Part shown: positions 18,071 through 27,158 of the stretch, piece by piece | Layout: every line of letters starts with the position of its first letter | Position numbering within the stretch: position 1 is the stretch's first letter | Source of the DNA: a virus | Taxonomy: Duplodnaviria > Caudoviricetes | DNA: 42,851 nt | Strand: one strand, 5' to 3' | IMG/VR virus record: IMGVR_UViG_3300048856_000021 | Location: 1-42,851 of that record | Program-made: the position numbers and the translations under genes | The notes under the pieces: generated by a model | What the model was told of the DNA's origin: nothing | Database searches by the model: none | Seen by the model: the letters and a program-made list of their open reading frames with translations, nothing else

Positions 18071-18303
18071 CAGCTGGGTGCCGCGTACTCGAAGTCCGCG
18101 ATGACCGCCAGCTTCTCCGGCTTCGTCTTCGCCCCCGACAAATCGATGCCGCGCTTGTCAGCCCACGCGTCGATCTCCGCGACCGTCCACACCTCCGACG
18201 GAACCGTCTCCACCGCAGGAGAGTGCTTCGGCTCCACCAGTCCCAGACGCACCGCGTCCTCGAGCCGGTACTCGTTGCCGTTTACGCTGATCTTGTCCGA
18301 CAT
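18070..18303 (-). CDS. Small neck-region protein with HeH/Rho-N-like C-terminus
   Basis: WTVAEIDAWADKRGIDLSGAKTKPEKLAVI. Confidence 0.7.
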   Translation of the reverse strand: MSDKISVNGNEYRLEDAVRLGLVEPKHSPAVETVPSEVWTVAEIDAWADKRGIDLSGAKTKPEKLAVIADFEYAAPS

Positions 18304-18306
18304 CCG

Positions 18307-18639
18307 TCAGCCCTTCGTCTCGGTGATCACGAACTCCGTGTGTGGGAGCACGTTCCAGTACGTCTGTGGCCGGCCATCGACGTAGTACGTCTGACCGCGC
18401 CAGATGACCGTGTCCGCGGCCTGGATCCAGTCCTGCGGCTCACGAGTCGACACCATCCACCGTGAGGTGACGATGTCGTTTTGGCCGAGAGATTCCTTCG
18501 TCCCCACGGGCTGCACATTGCAGCCACCGATGACCTCGTCGATGACCGTCTTCGTGGGAACGCCGTCCTCGTCGGGCACACCCTCGGTGGTGCGCTGCAC
18601 AGTGACGGTGTCGCGGTGCAGCATGTTCGCGAGGATCAC
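18307..18639 (-). CDS. Head-to-tail stopper / head closure protein
   Basis: DTVTV.R...DEDG.P, GCNVQP, D.VIWRGQTYYVDGRP. Confidence 0.8.
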   Translation of the reverse strand: MILANMLHRDTVTVQRTTEGVPDEDGVPTKTVIDEVIGGCNVQPVGTKESLGQNDIVTSRWMVSTREPQDWIQAADTVIWRGQTYYVDGRPQTYWNVLPHTEFVITETKG

Positions 18640-19184
18640 CAGTGGTCACCGCCGATGCGGTACCGGGCCACCGCTCGAGCCCACTGCGACGTCGTCCCGA
18701 CCGTGGCCGCAGCAGCCATCGCGACCTGCTCCTGCCCCGACGTGAACTGCGACAGCCACGGGGACGCTTCGGAGATTGACGCAGCCTGGTCGAGGACCAC
18801 TTCCTGCACGTCTCCCGGGATGTCGGCGAAGCCGTGCGTGTACACGACCTCGATCGACCGCCACACGTCGGGGAACCGTGCGGGGAGGCGGAGCAGGCCA
18901 GCAGCCGACCACTCAGGGTCAAGCACTGTCTGCCCCGCCACCGTCAGACTCGCGACGGACACGACCGGCCACACCGGAAGCCGGAGCACCCGGGCCCCCG
19001 CCCCGTCGAGAACGATCGTGTCGTCCTCGACGAGGCTGATGGGGTTCCGGGTCTGACCGCGGAACCGCTCCGACGCCATCTGCAGCGCCAGAGCGATCCC
19101 AGGGTCACTCTCCGGTTTGCCGAGCCTTGCCGCGAGATCGGCTGGATCGGCCAGCGGGGGCAGCGTCGTCTCCTGCAGAGTCAC
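18636..19184 (-). CDS. Head-to-tail adaptor
   Basis: PLADPADLAARLG..AS.RFRG, LDG.G...L.LP..PV.SV, V.YTHGF..IP.DV; GTG 19184 with GGAGG. Confidence 0.85.
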   Translation of the reverse strand: MTLQETTLPPLADPADLAARLGKPESDPGIALALQMASERFRGQTRNPISLVEDDTIVLDGAGARVLRLPVWPVVSVASLTVAGQTVLDPEWSAAGLLRLPARFPDVWRSIEVVYTHGFADIPGDVQEVVLDQAASISEASPWLSQFTSGQEQVAMAAAATVGTTSQWARAVARYRIGGDHW

Positions 19185-19290
19185 GTCCTGCCTCCTCCAC
19201 ACCGCGTGCCTTGTTGTGCACCAGACCGAGACGGTTCGCGTCTTCGATCCGATACCGGATCCCGTTGATGACGACCATGCCGTCCGTCAT
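19105..19290 (-). CDS. Small protein after the major capsid gene
   Basis: TGATG coupling to capsid; N-terminus similar to that of 18070-18303. Confidence 0.65.
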   Translation of the reverse strand: MTDGMVVINGIRYRIEDANRLGLVHNKARGVEEAGRDSAGDDAAPAGRSSRSRGKARQTGE

Positions 19291-20564
19291 CAGCCGGCCG
19301 CCACCGTGCCGAGCTCGACGAGGGCGAGGTGCGCCGGCTTGTAGATGACCTGCGCGGCACGCAGCTCCGCACGGACGTACACGAGGTTGCGTCGTGCGTA
19401 GTCGGCGTGCTGGTTGAACGCGACCACGGACAGCGCCTCACGCTCGAGGACGTTGATCGTCGAAAGGTCACCGACGAGCGCGGTGCCCTCCGGGATCGCC
19501 TGCGCGGTCACGTACGGACGGCCCCACAGAGTGCGGGGACCAGCACCGAACGGACCGTTGCCGTAGAAGCGCTGGTTCCCGTCCTGCATGAGATCCAGCA
19601 CCTCAGCGTCGGCCGGGTTGAGGACGATGCCGGTGACCTGTGCTCCGACCTCGTCGAGGGCGGTGAGCGCCTTGCGGATCGACACGGGGATCTTGACCGG
19701 GTCGGTGCCAGCAGCGGCGATCTGCTGGATGCCGGTGGTGTTCAGGATGCCCGTGGGCTGGCCTGCAGCACCCGTGCCGTTGAGGAGGTAGTTCTCGATC
19801 ACGGCCCGGATGTTGTACGCGAGCTGCCCGTTCAGGTACGACGCGAACGCACCCGCGTCGGCGAGGAGCTCGTTCGTGACGGTGTAGCCGTCGGCGTAGG
19901 TGAACACCTTGCCGGTGGCGATCGCCGTCGACAGGTCGGACAGGGGCTTCAGAGCAGACGCGGGGTCCGTCGGCAGGATCTCGTCCTTGACGATGCCCGC
20001 GTTGCGGAGCACCGAAGTGATCTGCACGTAGTCGAAGCTGTTGCCGGTGATCGACCCGGTCGAGATCAGGTCGAGCAGCGTCAGGGGACGCTGGTACGTC
20101 AGGTCCACCTGCGGCAGACGCGTGGGCTGCAGACGGCCCACGGCGACCGACAGGGGGTTCGGGTCCGCCTTCAGACCGCGACCCTTCGCCCCGACGGTGA
20201 CCTTCGGCAGCTGGATCAGCGAACCCTCACCGAACCCACCCGGGTTCGACTTGATGAGCTGCTGGTACGGCGCCGACTCCGTGTACGCCTCGCCGAACGA
20301 CTTGAAGCCCTCGGGCTGCTCCTCGGCCGGCTTCGGCTCGTCGTCGGACTTCGCCGGCGACGTCGACGCGAGGAGTGTCTTCATGTTCGACTGCGCGTCG
20401 TCCGCGGCCTTCACCTGAACGGTGAGCTCGTCGGCCTGCGACTTCAGCTCACCGATCTTCGTGATCTCGTCCGCCGTGAACTCACGGTCCTCGGACTTCG
20501 CCAGATCGGCGATGCTCTTCGCTTCGGCCAGGACGGCCGCGAGCTTCTCTCGGAGCGTCTTCAT
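19290..20564 (-). CDS. Major capsid protein, HK97 fold with N-terminal delta/scaffold domain
   Basis: Coiled-coil N-terminus; LLNGTG...QPTGILN, LNPAD...L....DGN.R, TLWGRP, GTALVGD, RN.V..RAE.R. Confidence 0.95.
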   Translation of the reverse strand: MKTLREKLAAVLAEAKSIADLAKSEDREFTADEITKIGELKSQADELTVQVKAADDAQSNMKTLLASTSPAKSDDEPKPAEEQPEGFKSFGEAYTESAPYQQLIKSNPGGFGEGSLIQLPKVTVGAKGRGLKADPNPLSVAVGRLQPTRLPQVDLTYQRPLTLLDLISTGSITGNSFDYVQITSVLRNAGIVKDEILPTDPASALKPLSDLSTAIATGKVFTYADGYTVTNELLADAGAFASYLNGQLAYNIRAVIENYLLNGTGAAGQPTGILNTTGIQQIAAAGTDPVKIPVSIRKALTALDEVGAQVTGIVLNPADAEVLDLMQDGNQRFYGNGPFGAGPRTLWGRPYVTAQAIPEGTALVGDLSTINVLEREALSVVAFNQHADYARRNLVYVRAELRAAQVIYKPAHLALVELGTVAAG

Positions 20565-21289
20565 CGTTCCTCCATCAGGATCAGTTCTGCTGCGGTCGCC
20601 CAGGCCGCCACTTGGGCATGAGTAAGGCCCGCCGATTTCGACGGGCCTGACGGTTCCCCATCCTGGGGAGGTGAGCTTTCCGGCGGGGCGCCGGAAGATT
20701 CGGTCGGGTCGGGCGGAACCTCGACGTTCGGCGTCGGCTCCACCTCCCGAGGGTCGGCGGCGAGTTCCTCACGCACGATGCGTCGGATGTCCTCGTCGGA
20801 CTTCGTCCCGAGTAGCTGCGTCTCCGGGTTCATGCCTTTGAGCGTCGGGCCGAACTCGATCAGGTTCAGCTTCCGGAGCTCGAAGAACTCGTCCTCGTCC
20901 TGGGTGACGTAGCCACCATCGACGACGTCGTACCCGAAGGAGAACTCCTTCACCCGACGCTGCTTCAGCAGCTTGTACGTCTGCAGCGCCGTCGGGTTCT
21001 CGAGGTCCAGCTGCGCCGTCACGAGCAGCCCGTCCGCGGTCTCAGCCGCTGACAGGCTCCACCCGATGTGCGCGAACGGATCCGACCACTGATGCGACCA
21101 GATCGCGGGGATCGCGTCACCAGACGCCTCCCAGTCGCGCAGCGACTCAGCGAACGCACCAGGGACGATGACGTCGCCACCGTGGTCCTTGTTGCCGAAC
21201 ACCGCGACGAGCGCCGTGAACTGACCGTCACCAAGACCATCAGCCGTGCCGACAGCCTTCACGTTGGCGTTGAAGCTCTTCGTCTTCAT
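20561..21289 (-). CDS. HK97-family prohead protease
   Basis: VFGNKD..GD.I.PGAF, WSHQW, FSFGY, L.EFGPT..GMNPET. Confidence 0.93.
   Translation of the reverse strand: MKTKSFNANVKAVGTADGLGDGQFTALVAVFGNKDHGGDVIVPGAFAESLRDWEASGDAIPAIWSHQWSDPFAHIGWSLSAAETADGLLVTAQLDLENPTALQTYKLLKQRRVKEFSFGYDVVDGGYVTQDEDEFFELRKLNLIEFGPTLKGMNPETQLLGTKSDEDIRRIVREELAADPREVEPTPNVEVPPDPTESSGAPPESSPPQDGEPSGPSKSAGLTHAQVAAWATAAELILMEER
20625..20648 (-). terminator. Terminator-like hairpin within the protease 3' end, upstream of capsid
   Basis: AGGCCCGTCG-AAAT-CGGCGGGCCT followed by TACTCATG. Confidence 0.45.
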
Positions 21290-22659
21290 GCGCTTGCCTC
21301 CAACTGCCCGGTCGCCCAGAGCACTTCCATCGCCTGCTTCGGATCCAGCCCCTTGCTGCGGAGCAGGTCGTACGCCTTCGCAACCTCCGGGGTTGCGTCA
21401 GCCGGGGAAGCCTGCGGACCACCGCCACGGACCACGTTCAGCGGCGTGATGATCTCGTCACCACCCTCGATCGCCGGCAGGTTCTCCTTCGCCCGCCCTT
21501 CGTTAAGACGGAGCCAAGGGCCACCGATTGCCTGCGACATGATCGCGGCGCGCTCCTCGAACGACCCGCGAAGCTTCACGTCGAGATCGAACTCGACGTA
21601 CAGCGACTCGTCACCACCGTTGACGAGCGGAGTGACGTGCAGGTTGAACGCCTGCTCGAACTGCACGATGGTCGAACCGAGCGAGTCGCGGTACAGCAGC
21701 TGGCGGAACGCTTCCATGTTCGCGTAGTTGCCTTGCCGTGCCCCGATCATCTCCGGTGGCACGTGGTACGCCGAAGCGACCTCGATGTCGGTGAGGGTGC
21801 GCCCCTCCACCTCCTGCATGTCCTTCGGCGAGAAGATGTCGACCTTCTTGACGTCCGCCCCGATCGGCAGGACAGGCATTTTGCCTTCGCTGCCACCACC
21901 GTCGGACCAGTTCGACATCTCTGCTTCGAGGCGCTGTCGTGCTGCCGAGTCGAGAGGTTCTACGTCGGGCACGACGGCCTGCGTGACAACCGCCGGGAAT
22001 CGGGCACCCTTCTTGTGAATCGCGCTCCGGTACTTCACGGACTCGGTGTACTCGTCGAGGATGTGCCGCAACGTCTCGATCGGGGGAGTGCCGTTCCCGG
22101 AACCGTACCCACGGTCGAAGAACAGCCCGTCGAGGCTGATGTGCTTCGGCTTCCCGTCGCCGACGTACAGGTCGACCCCGTCAACGAGCGACGTGCCCGT
22201 GTGAGTGAACCGCCACGACTGCGCCGGCCAGTGCTGCAGCACCACGCCAGCCCGCGAGTCCGCGGACGGCACCAGCTGCGCCATGAACCGGTCGTAGACC
22301 AGGAAGTCGCACAACAGGGTGTGCCAGAACCGGTACTGCGTCAGGTGCTTCTGCGGCTCTCGGATGAGCTCCGCGAGCGGCCCGTCCGTGACACGCTCCC
22401 GATCGGTGTCCCCGTTGCGGCGATACACCTTCATCGGGATCGACGCGATGTTCGACGCGATGAAGTCAACGACCTTCCGCACCGACGGCTGCGACTGCCA
22501 GATCGAGTACGCCGACTGCGCGTAGTCCGTCAGCGGCAGACCCGGGTCAGCGACGATCGACCGGCCGTCGTAACGCCACGGCGTCGACAGCGACGGGAAC
22601 TCCGCGAGGATCTGCCCGTTCGACTGGTCAGACGACGACTTCTTGAAGAACAGGCTCAC
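21286..22659 (-). CDS. Portal protein (HK97 family)
   Basis: V...V..IA..IASIP.KVY, G.PP, VASAYHVPP.MIG....Y.N.E, NEGR..ENLP.I.GGD; GTG 22659 with GGAGG. Confidence 0.95.
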   Translation of the reverse strand: MSLFFKKSSSDQSNGQILAEFPSLSTPWRYDGRSIVADPGLPLTDYAQSAYSIWQSQPSVRKVVDFIASNIASIPMKVYRRNGDTDRERVTDGPLAELIREPQKHLTQYRFWHTLLCDFLVYDRFMAQLVPSADSRAGVVLQHWPAQSWRFTHTGTSLVDGVDLYVGDGKPKHISLDGLFFDRGYGSGNGTPPIETLRHILDEYTESVKYRSAIHKKGARFPAVVTQAVVPDVEPLDSAARQRLEAEMSNWSDGGGSEGKMPVLPIGADVKKVDIFSPKDMQEVEGRTLTDIEVASAYHVPPEMIGARQGNYANMEAFRQLLYRDSLGSTIVQFEQAFNLHVTPLVNGGDESLYVEFDLDVKLRGSFEERAAIMSQAIGGPWLRLNEGRAKENLPAIEGGDEIITPLNVVRGGGPQASPADATPEVAKAYDLLRSKGLDPKQAMEVLWATGQLEASA

Positions 22660-22796
22660 GTCATCCTCCAAGCGATCAGGAACAGGGCCACACCCGCGAC
22701 GACGAGCGCCGCCGGCCAGTACACGGCCGCGACACCCGCAGTGATGAGCAGCACCCCAAGGATCTCGAGGAGGACCACGACAGCTGCACGAGTCAT
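22656..22796 (-). CDS. Small 2-TM membrane protein between terminase and portal
   Basis: MTRAAVVVLLEILGVLLITAGVAAVYWPAALVVAGVALFLIAWRMT; coupled on both sides. Confidence 0.75.
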   Translation of the reverse strand: MTRAAVVVLLEILGVLLITAGVAAVYWPAALVVAGVALFLIAWRMT

Positions 22797-24550
22797 CACG
22801 CCACCTCCGAGGTGCCGAACACGCTCGCGTCCGGATCGTTGTACGGGTTCTTCTTCTTCGGCTTCGTCACCAGGGCCTCGGACAGGGCGTTCATGGCCGC
22901 CGCGACACCATCGATCTTGTCCATCGAGTGCGCCTTGTTCGGCTTCACGTTCCCGTTCGCGTCGATGTCCACCGACAAGTTGTCGACGTTCCACCGCAGC
23001 ACCGGGTTCCCGCCCGTCCGGAACAACGGCTTCTCCTCGCTACCGGTCAGCAGAAGACGCTGCAGCTCCTTCAACGGAGGCGACAGGCGCCGGAAGTCCT
23101 GGTACACACGCACCAGGTTCTTCACCCCGGAGTCCTGCAAGCTGTTGACCATCTGCGTCGAGTTCCACGGGTCGAAGCCGATCGACACGACGTCGAACTG
23201 GTCAAGGTCCGCTTGGATCTGCGCCTGCACGAACGCGTAGTCGGTGACGTTCCCCGGCGTCGTCCGCAAGAACCCCTGACGAACCCACGCCGAAGCGTTG
23301 CCTGCGGTGCGCTTGTTCAACGCATCCAGGGCCCCCTCGGGAATCCAGAACCTGGCGAGGACGTCGTAGCCGTTCCCGTCCGGGAACAGCAGCACCCACG
23401 CGGTGAGGTCCGACGCGGACGCGAGGTCCCAACCGCCGAACGCCTTCCGCCCAGCAAGCTTCGCTTCATCCACCGTGCCGGCGTTCCGGTCCCACGAGTC
23501 GAGAGTCAGGAAGCGGGCCTCCTGCTTCGTGCGGATCCCGAGATGCAGCCGCAAGTAGTCGCCGAGCTGCGCAGGGGAGTCCTTCGCGATCAGCGCTGCC
23601 GACTCAAGGTACTGCCGGGACGGGCTGATGCCGTACCCCGGGTTCGCCTTCCGCTGCGTCTCCGGAGCGAACGGATCGTCCGTCTCCTCAGCACCCCAGA
23701 TGACGCCGTAGTACGCCGGGTTCACCAACGTGCCAGCCGCAAGCTTCTCGACGTACATCCGGGTCTCGTCGTAGATCGTCCCCGACTTCGACGCGTCCGG
23801 CGTCGTGATCCGGATGCCCAATGGCTGCGTACGCGAACCACGACCAGTCTCGAGGGTCCGCACCAGGTCCGGCGTCTTGTGAACGTGGAGCTCATCAACG
23901 ATGAAGCAGTGCAAGTTCGCGCCGTGCTGCGCATCAGCCGCCGACGAGATGACCTCGATGTACGACCCCGACTTCGGGTGCACGATCCGCTTCTGGTGCG
24001 CCTTGAACCGACCCGCCAACGCCGGCGTCTTCTCCACCAGCTGCTTGATCGGCCCGAACACGAACCCCGCCTGACGCTCCGTCGAAGCGGCCGTCACAAC
24101 CTGGGCGCCGTGTTCGCCATCCGCGCCGGCCATGTATACCGCGATGCCGCCAGACAGCGTACTTTTGCCGTTCTTCCTCGGCACGTCGACCATGACATCG
24201 CGGATGACGCGAACCATCTGCATGGCATCTTCGTCCCACCGGACCCAGCCGAAGACCGGAGCAAGGATGTAGGCGATCTGCCAAGGGTCAGGGTCAAGCG
24301 GCTTGTTGGCTGCGGCCCACTTGCCTTGCGTGTGCCGCAGCAGGTGGAACGTCTTCAGCACCTTGTCGACCCGCTCCGGGTCGAACTGTGCACCCTCAAC
24401 CTCACGCGGCTCGGGGGTCTTGAACTTCGGCGGGATCTCCGGCAACGGGTAGCCACGATCCTGCAAGTACCAGGCGACCTCCGGAGACAGCTTCAGCCGC
24501 TCGAGGTCAGCCTCGTCCAGATCGTCAGAACGGGTTGTCGTCTTCCCCAT
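22796..24550 (-). CDS. terL: Terminase large subunit
   Basis: PWQ, VPRKNGKS Walker A, IVDELH Walker B, ANP, G.DLAS..DLTA, FDPWN, KIDGV.A. Confidence 0.97.
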   Translation of the reverse strand: MGKTTTRSDDLDEADLERLKLSPEVAWYLQDRGYPLPEIPPKFKTPEPREVEGAQFDPERVDKVLKTFHLLRHTQGKWAAANKPLDPDPWQIAYILAPVFGWVRWDEDAMQMVRVIRDVMVDVPRKNGKSTLSGGIAVYMAGADGEHGAQVVTAASTERQAGFVFGPIKQLVEKTPALAGRFKAHQKRIVHPKSGSYIEVISSAADAQHGANLHCFIVDELHVHKTPDLVRTLETGRGSRTQPLGIRITTPDASKSGTIYDETRMYVEKLAAGTLVNPAYYGVIWGAEETDDPFAPETQRKANPGYGISPSRQYLESAALIAKDSPAQLGDYLRLHLGIRTKQEARFLTLDSWDRNAGTVDEAKLAGRKAFGGWDLASASDLTAWVLLFPDGNGYDVLARFWIPEGALDALNKRTAGNASAWVRQGFLRTTPGNVTDYAFVQAQIQADLDQFDVVSIGFDPWNSTQMVNSLQDSGVKNLVRVYQDFRRLSPPLKELQRLLLTGSEEKPLFRTGGNPVLRWNVDNLSVDIDANGNVKPNKAHSMDKIDGVAAAMNALSEALVTKPKKKNPYNDPDASVFGTSEVA

Positions 24551-24977
24551 CGTCGGACTCCTTCGCCAAGCTCTGCTCCGAGCTCGGCGTCAGTCCAAAC
24601 TCCCGTGCCAGCAGCTGCAGCCGATGCCCCGCATTCCGCCTGATCGCAACCGCCGGATGCGGGATCTCACCCTGCTTCGCATTGATCGTCAACGACCCAT
24701 GCTCCTGCAGAGCCAACGTCGCAGCCTTGAACTCCGACCACGTCTCGCAGTACGTCGCCAGAACCGCCCGATCCTCCGCCTTCACGATGTCCAACCGCGT
24801 CAGCTCCGGAACCACACGGTTCCACTCCGCAACCGCCTCATCCGACAACCACTCAGGAGCAGACGGAGGCACCCGCTTGAACGCCGGAGCATCCACCACC
24901 TTCCGACCACCACTGTCACGACCATTCCCACGGCCCTCAACGAGCCTGAGAGCTGCTGGTCTCGCTGCACGAGGCAT
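24525..24977 (-). CDS. terS: Terminase small subunit, P27 family
   Basis: P.WLS..A..EW.RV...L, L..YC..W, HPAV, EFGLTPSS. Confidence 0.93.
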   Translation of the reverse strand: MPRAARPAALRLVEGRGNGRDSGGRKVVDAPAFKRVPPSAPEWLSDEAVAEWNRVVPELTRLDIVKAEDRAVLATYCETWSEFKAATLALQEHGSLTINAKQGEIPHPAVAIRRNAGHRLQLLAREFGLTPSSEQSLAKESDDGEDDNPF

Positions 24978-25160
24978 CGGAGACCCCCTAGTCGTCGTAG
25001 TGAGACGCGAACAGCGGGCGCACCGGCGGGCGCTCTTATCCGCGGATTCCCCGTGATGTTGACGCCCCTATCCCCCTGGGGACACCCCGTGACACCGGTC
25101 TCTCGGACACCCGTTGTCTGGACTACCGCGTGTTAGCTCACTGTCAGGTGGCTGCGCCCG
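24978..25160. other. Probable cos/packaging initiation region
   Basis: Non-coding gap between packaging HNH and terS, the usual cos position in HK97-like phages; exact cut site not determinable. Confidence 0.55.
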
Positions 25161-25571
25161 CTACGGCAGTTGGTTCCAGAGTTGGGAGGCGAGGGTTTCG
25201 GTGTTGCGGTCTTGGTGTCTCAGGGTGGTGAGGCGTTGGGCCCGTTTGAGGGCTGCTTGCCGTGTCTTGTAGTCGTGGTGTGGGTTGCAGAGTGGCTGCC
25301 AGTTGGCGTGGTCCCACATGGCGCCGCCGTCAGCGAGCTCCACGATGTGGTCGACGACAGTGGCTGGTCCGTCGCAGACTCGGCACCGTGGGTTGCTGCG
25401 GAGGTACTGGGTGGACTCTGTCCGCCACCGTGCGGTGTTGCGTCCATCGCCGGGGATGACGCGGTGTGCGCCCGACTTCCGCTTCCGCTGGTGTTCAGCG
25501 CATCGGCCCCGGTTGATGGCGAGTTCGTCGCAGTCGAGGGCTGAGCAGCGCATGGGTGCGCGGGTGGGCAT
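25161..25571 (-). CDS. HNH endonuclease, terminase-associated (HK97 gp74-like)
   Basis: MPTRAP.RC...C......RC..H; CRVC..PATVVDHI.....GG..WD..NWQPLC..HH..KT. Confidence 0.92.
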   Translation of the reverse strand: MPTRAPMRCSALDCDELAINRGRCAEHQRKRKSGAHRVIPGDGRNTARWRTESTQYLRSNPRCRVCDGPATVVDHIVELADGGAMWDHANWQPLCNPHHDYKTRQAALKRAQRLTTLRHQDRNTETLASQLWNQLP

Positions 25572-25688
25572 CAGTCCCGGTCCTCTACGACGTCGGACAT
25601 GGCCTGGTTGATTTCGGCCACTGTCTGGGGGTGTGGGGTGAGTGGTTCGGGCCATCGGTTGGATCGCACTCGGTGGCTGCTGATGTCG

Positions 25689-25877
25689 TCAGGCTGCTGA
25701 GCGTCGGATCGCATCGCGGGCCTCGTGCCGGTCGCGGCGTCGAGCATCGCGCTTGATGCTGCTGCGGACACCTGCGCGCTGCAGGTACGCGAGGTACTTG
25801 CGCCCGAAGCGGCTGAAAGCATCCCACTCGGCGCCAGTGCGACGTTGCCGGTGCCCCATGCTCATCATGTACCCCAT
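25689..25877 (-). CDS. Small very basic hypothetical protein
   Basis: MGHRQRRTGAEWDAFSRFGRKYLAYLQRAGVRSSIKRDARRRDR; start uncertain (several Met). Confidence 0.7.
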   Translation of the reverse strand: MGYMMSMGHRQRRTGAEWDAFSRFGRKYLAYLQRAGVRSSIKRDARRRDRHEARDAIRRSAA

Positions 25878-25929
25878 TCCGGAGGGTGTTCTGGTCTCAG
25901 CCCGTCTCAGCGGAGCCGGTTGTACCCCA

Positions 25930-26157
25930 TCAGTCGACGGTGATGCCGAGGTCGCGGAGTGTGGCGATGACTTCGTCGCCGTACATGCGGAGGCCGCGGT
26001 TCTCCCACGCGGTTTCGACTTGCTCGGTGGTGAGCCGGATGTCGGCGTGGGCGGTGTTCTGCGCGATGAGGGTCAGCTGCTGTTCGATGCCGGCGAGGAG
26101 GTTGAGCTTCGCGGATCGGTACTCGCCGAGGCTGAGGTCACCCGCGGGCACGAGCAT
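25930..26157 (-). CDS. Hypothetical protein
   Basis: Phage-like codon use; in the late-operon gene string. Confidence 0.65.
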   Translation of the reverse strand: MLVPAGDLSLGEYRSAKLNLLAGIEQQLTLIAQNTAHADIRLTTEQVETAWENRGLRMYGDEVIATLRDLGITVD

Positions 26158-26311
26158 CCGCCCAGATCATGCCCTCGGCGTTGTGCGGGCCGTCGTGGTA
26201 GCCGGGCTGACCGCAGAACATCGGCGGGCCCAAAAAGTCTCGCGGGAAGACCGCGCCGCACTTGTCGGCGGGCAGCGGCGGAGCCACCATCGGCGCCCAC
26301 GGCACGCTCAT
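26138..26311 (-). CDS. Hypothetical protein, 57 aa, Cys/His motif (not in ORF track)
   Basis: MSVPWAPMVAPPLPADKCGAVFPRDFLGPPMFCGQPGYHDGPHNAEGMIWADARARG; ATGA overlap. Confidence 0.6.
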   Translation of the reverse strand: MSVPWAPMVAPPLPADKCGAVFPRDFLGPPMFCGQPGYHDGPHNAEGMIWADARARG

Positions 26312-26514
26312 GCTTTCACCGGTTCCGGGTCGCCGTACGTGGTGGTCTTGACGACCGTGGCGAGGGTCACGTCGGGTTCGAGCATCGCTGCCCGCATGTT
26401 CGACTCGATGCGGTGGAGTTCGTTGACCGCTTCCGACTGATCGACGACGTACGAGCTGATCGCCTTCCCGCCACGAGCGACGGTGAAGACGGTCTCCTTG
26501 ATCGGCTCAGGCAT
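26308..26514 (-). CDS. Hypothetical protein
   Basis: GAGGAGG RBS; coupled to neighbours. Confidence 0.75.
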   Translation of the reverse strand: MPEPIKETVFTVARGGKAISSYVVDQSEAVNELHRIESNMRAAMLEPDVTLATVVKTTTYGDPEPVKA

Positions 26515-26725
26515 GTTCGCCTCCTCGATCGAGGTACGGGTCGAAGGTGAACCCGATCGTGGGGCGCCAGCTGGTGTCGCGCTCGTGGAAGCCGCTCGTG
26601 TCGTGGAACTCGCCGCCGGTACCGAAACGGTTGACGGCGGTCGTGACGATGGGGGCGAGCTTCCGCTCGGTCCGGCGAGTCTCCGCTCGTGCCTGCTGGC
26701 GTTGCAGCATCCGTGATGCTCGCAT
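26507..26725 (-). CDS. Hypothetical protein, first gene after the late leader
   Basis: ATG 26725 with GAGGAGG RBS. Confidence 0.65.
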   Translation of the reverse strand: MRASRMLQRQQARAETRRTERKLAPIVTTAVNRFGTGGEFHDTSGFHERDTSWRPTIGFTFDPYLDRGGEHA

Positions 26726-26734
26726 CGTCGCCTC

Positions 26735-27152
26735 CTCGGTGGTAGTCGACCGGTCTCGTCTGGGTTCCGCGCGCCACAGCGGGTTACTCAGGGTCACGGT
26801 CTTGAAGGGTCCTCGTGCTCGCGCCGCGTTCGTTGGTTCGCTGTGCGGCCGGTCCCAGAGCGAGGTGCGGGATCGACGGCTAGGTGCGGTGCTGGTACGT
26901 GTCGGCGGGCACGAGGAAGTGTTAGTGCCAGGTGCGGGGGCGTCCGCTCGTCCCTCGGTGCCTGGCGCACCGCCGGTCACAGCCCGGATCCGTAGGCGAT
27001 TTGTTGTCGCTGTGGTACTCAGCGGGTGGGTCACCACCACCATGTCGTCGGAGCCAACCCGAAGTGGCTCCGACAGCCCATCCCAGGGCGGTACATGAGA
27101 GAAGCCCCGACCGGTGATGATCGGGGCTTCTCCGGACAGACTCGTCCGACGT
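26735..27152 (-). ncRNA. Candidate structured late-leader RNA
   Basis: About 430 nt without a convincing gene, with several nested stems (see findings); no known family recognised. Confidence 0.35.
27099..27132 (-). terminator. Promoter-proximal terminator-like hairpin
   Basis: GAGAAGCCCCGA / TCGGGGCTTCTC perfect 12-bp stem followed by TCATGT. Confidence 0.7.
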
Positions 27153-27158
27153 ACCTCA

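Noticed and set aside
19329-24643. Long + strand ORFs opposite capsid, portal and terminase (430, 503, 571 aa)
   Set aside because: Antisense shadows of clearly identifiable genes
26760-27030. Hammerhead or other self-cleaving ribozyme (CTGAGTA seen twice)
   Set aside because: No CUGANGA plus GAAA core with the required stems could be assembled by eye
26726-27043. N-terminal extension of the 26507 ORF to 178 aa
   Set aside because: Low-complexity Thr/Arg/Pro sequence over a structured region; the strong RBS is at the ATG at 26725
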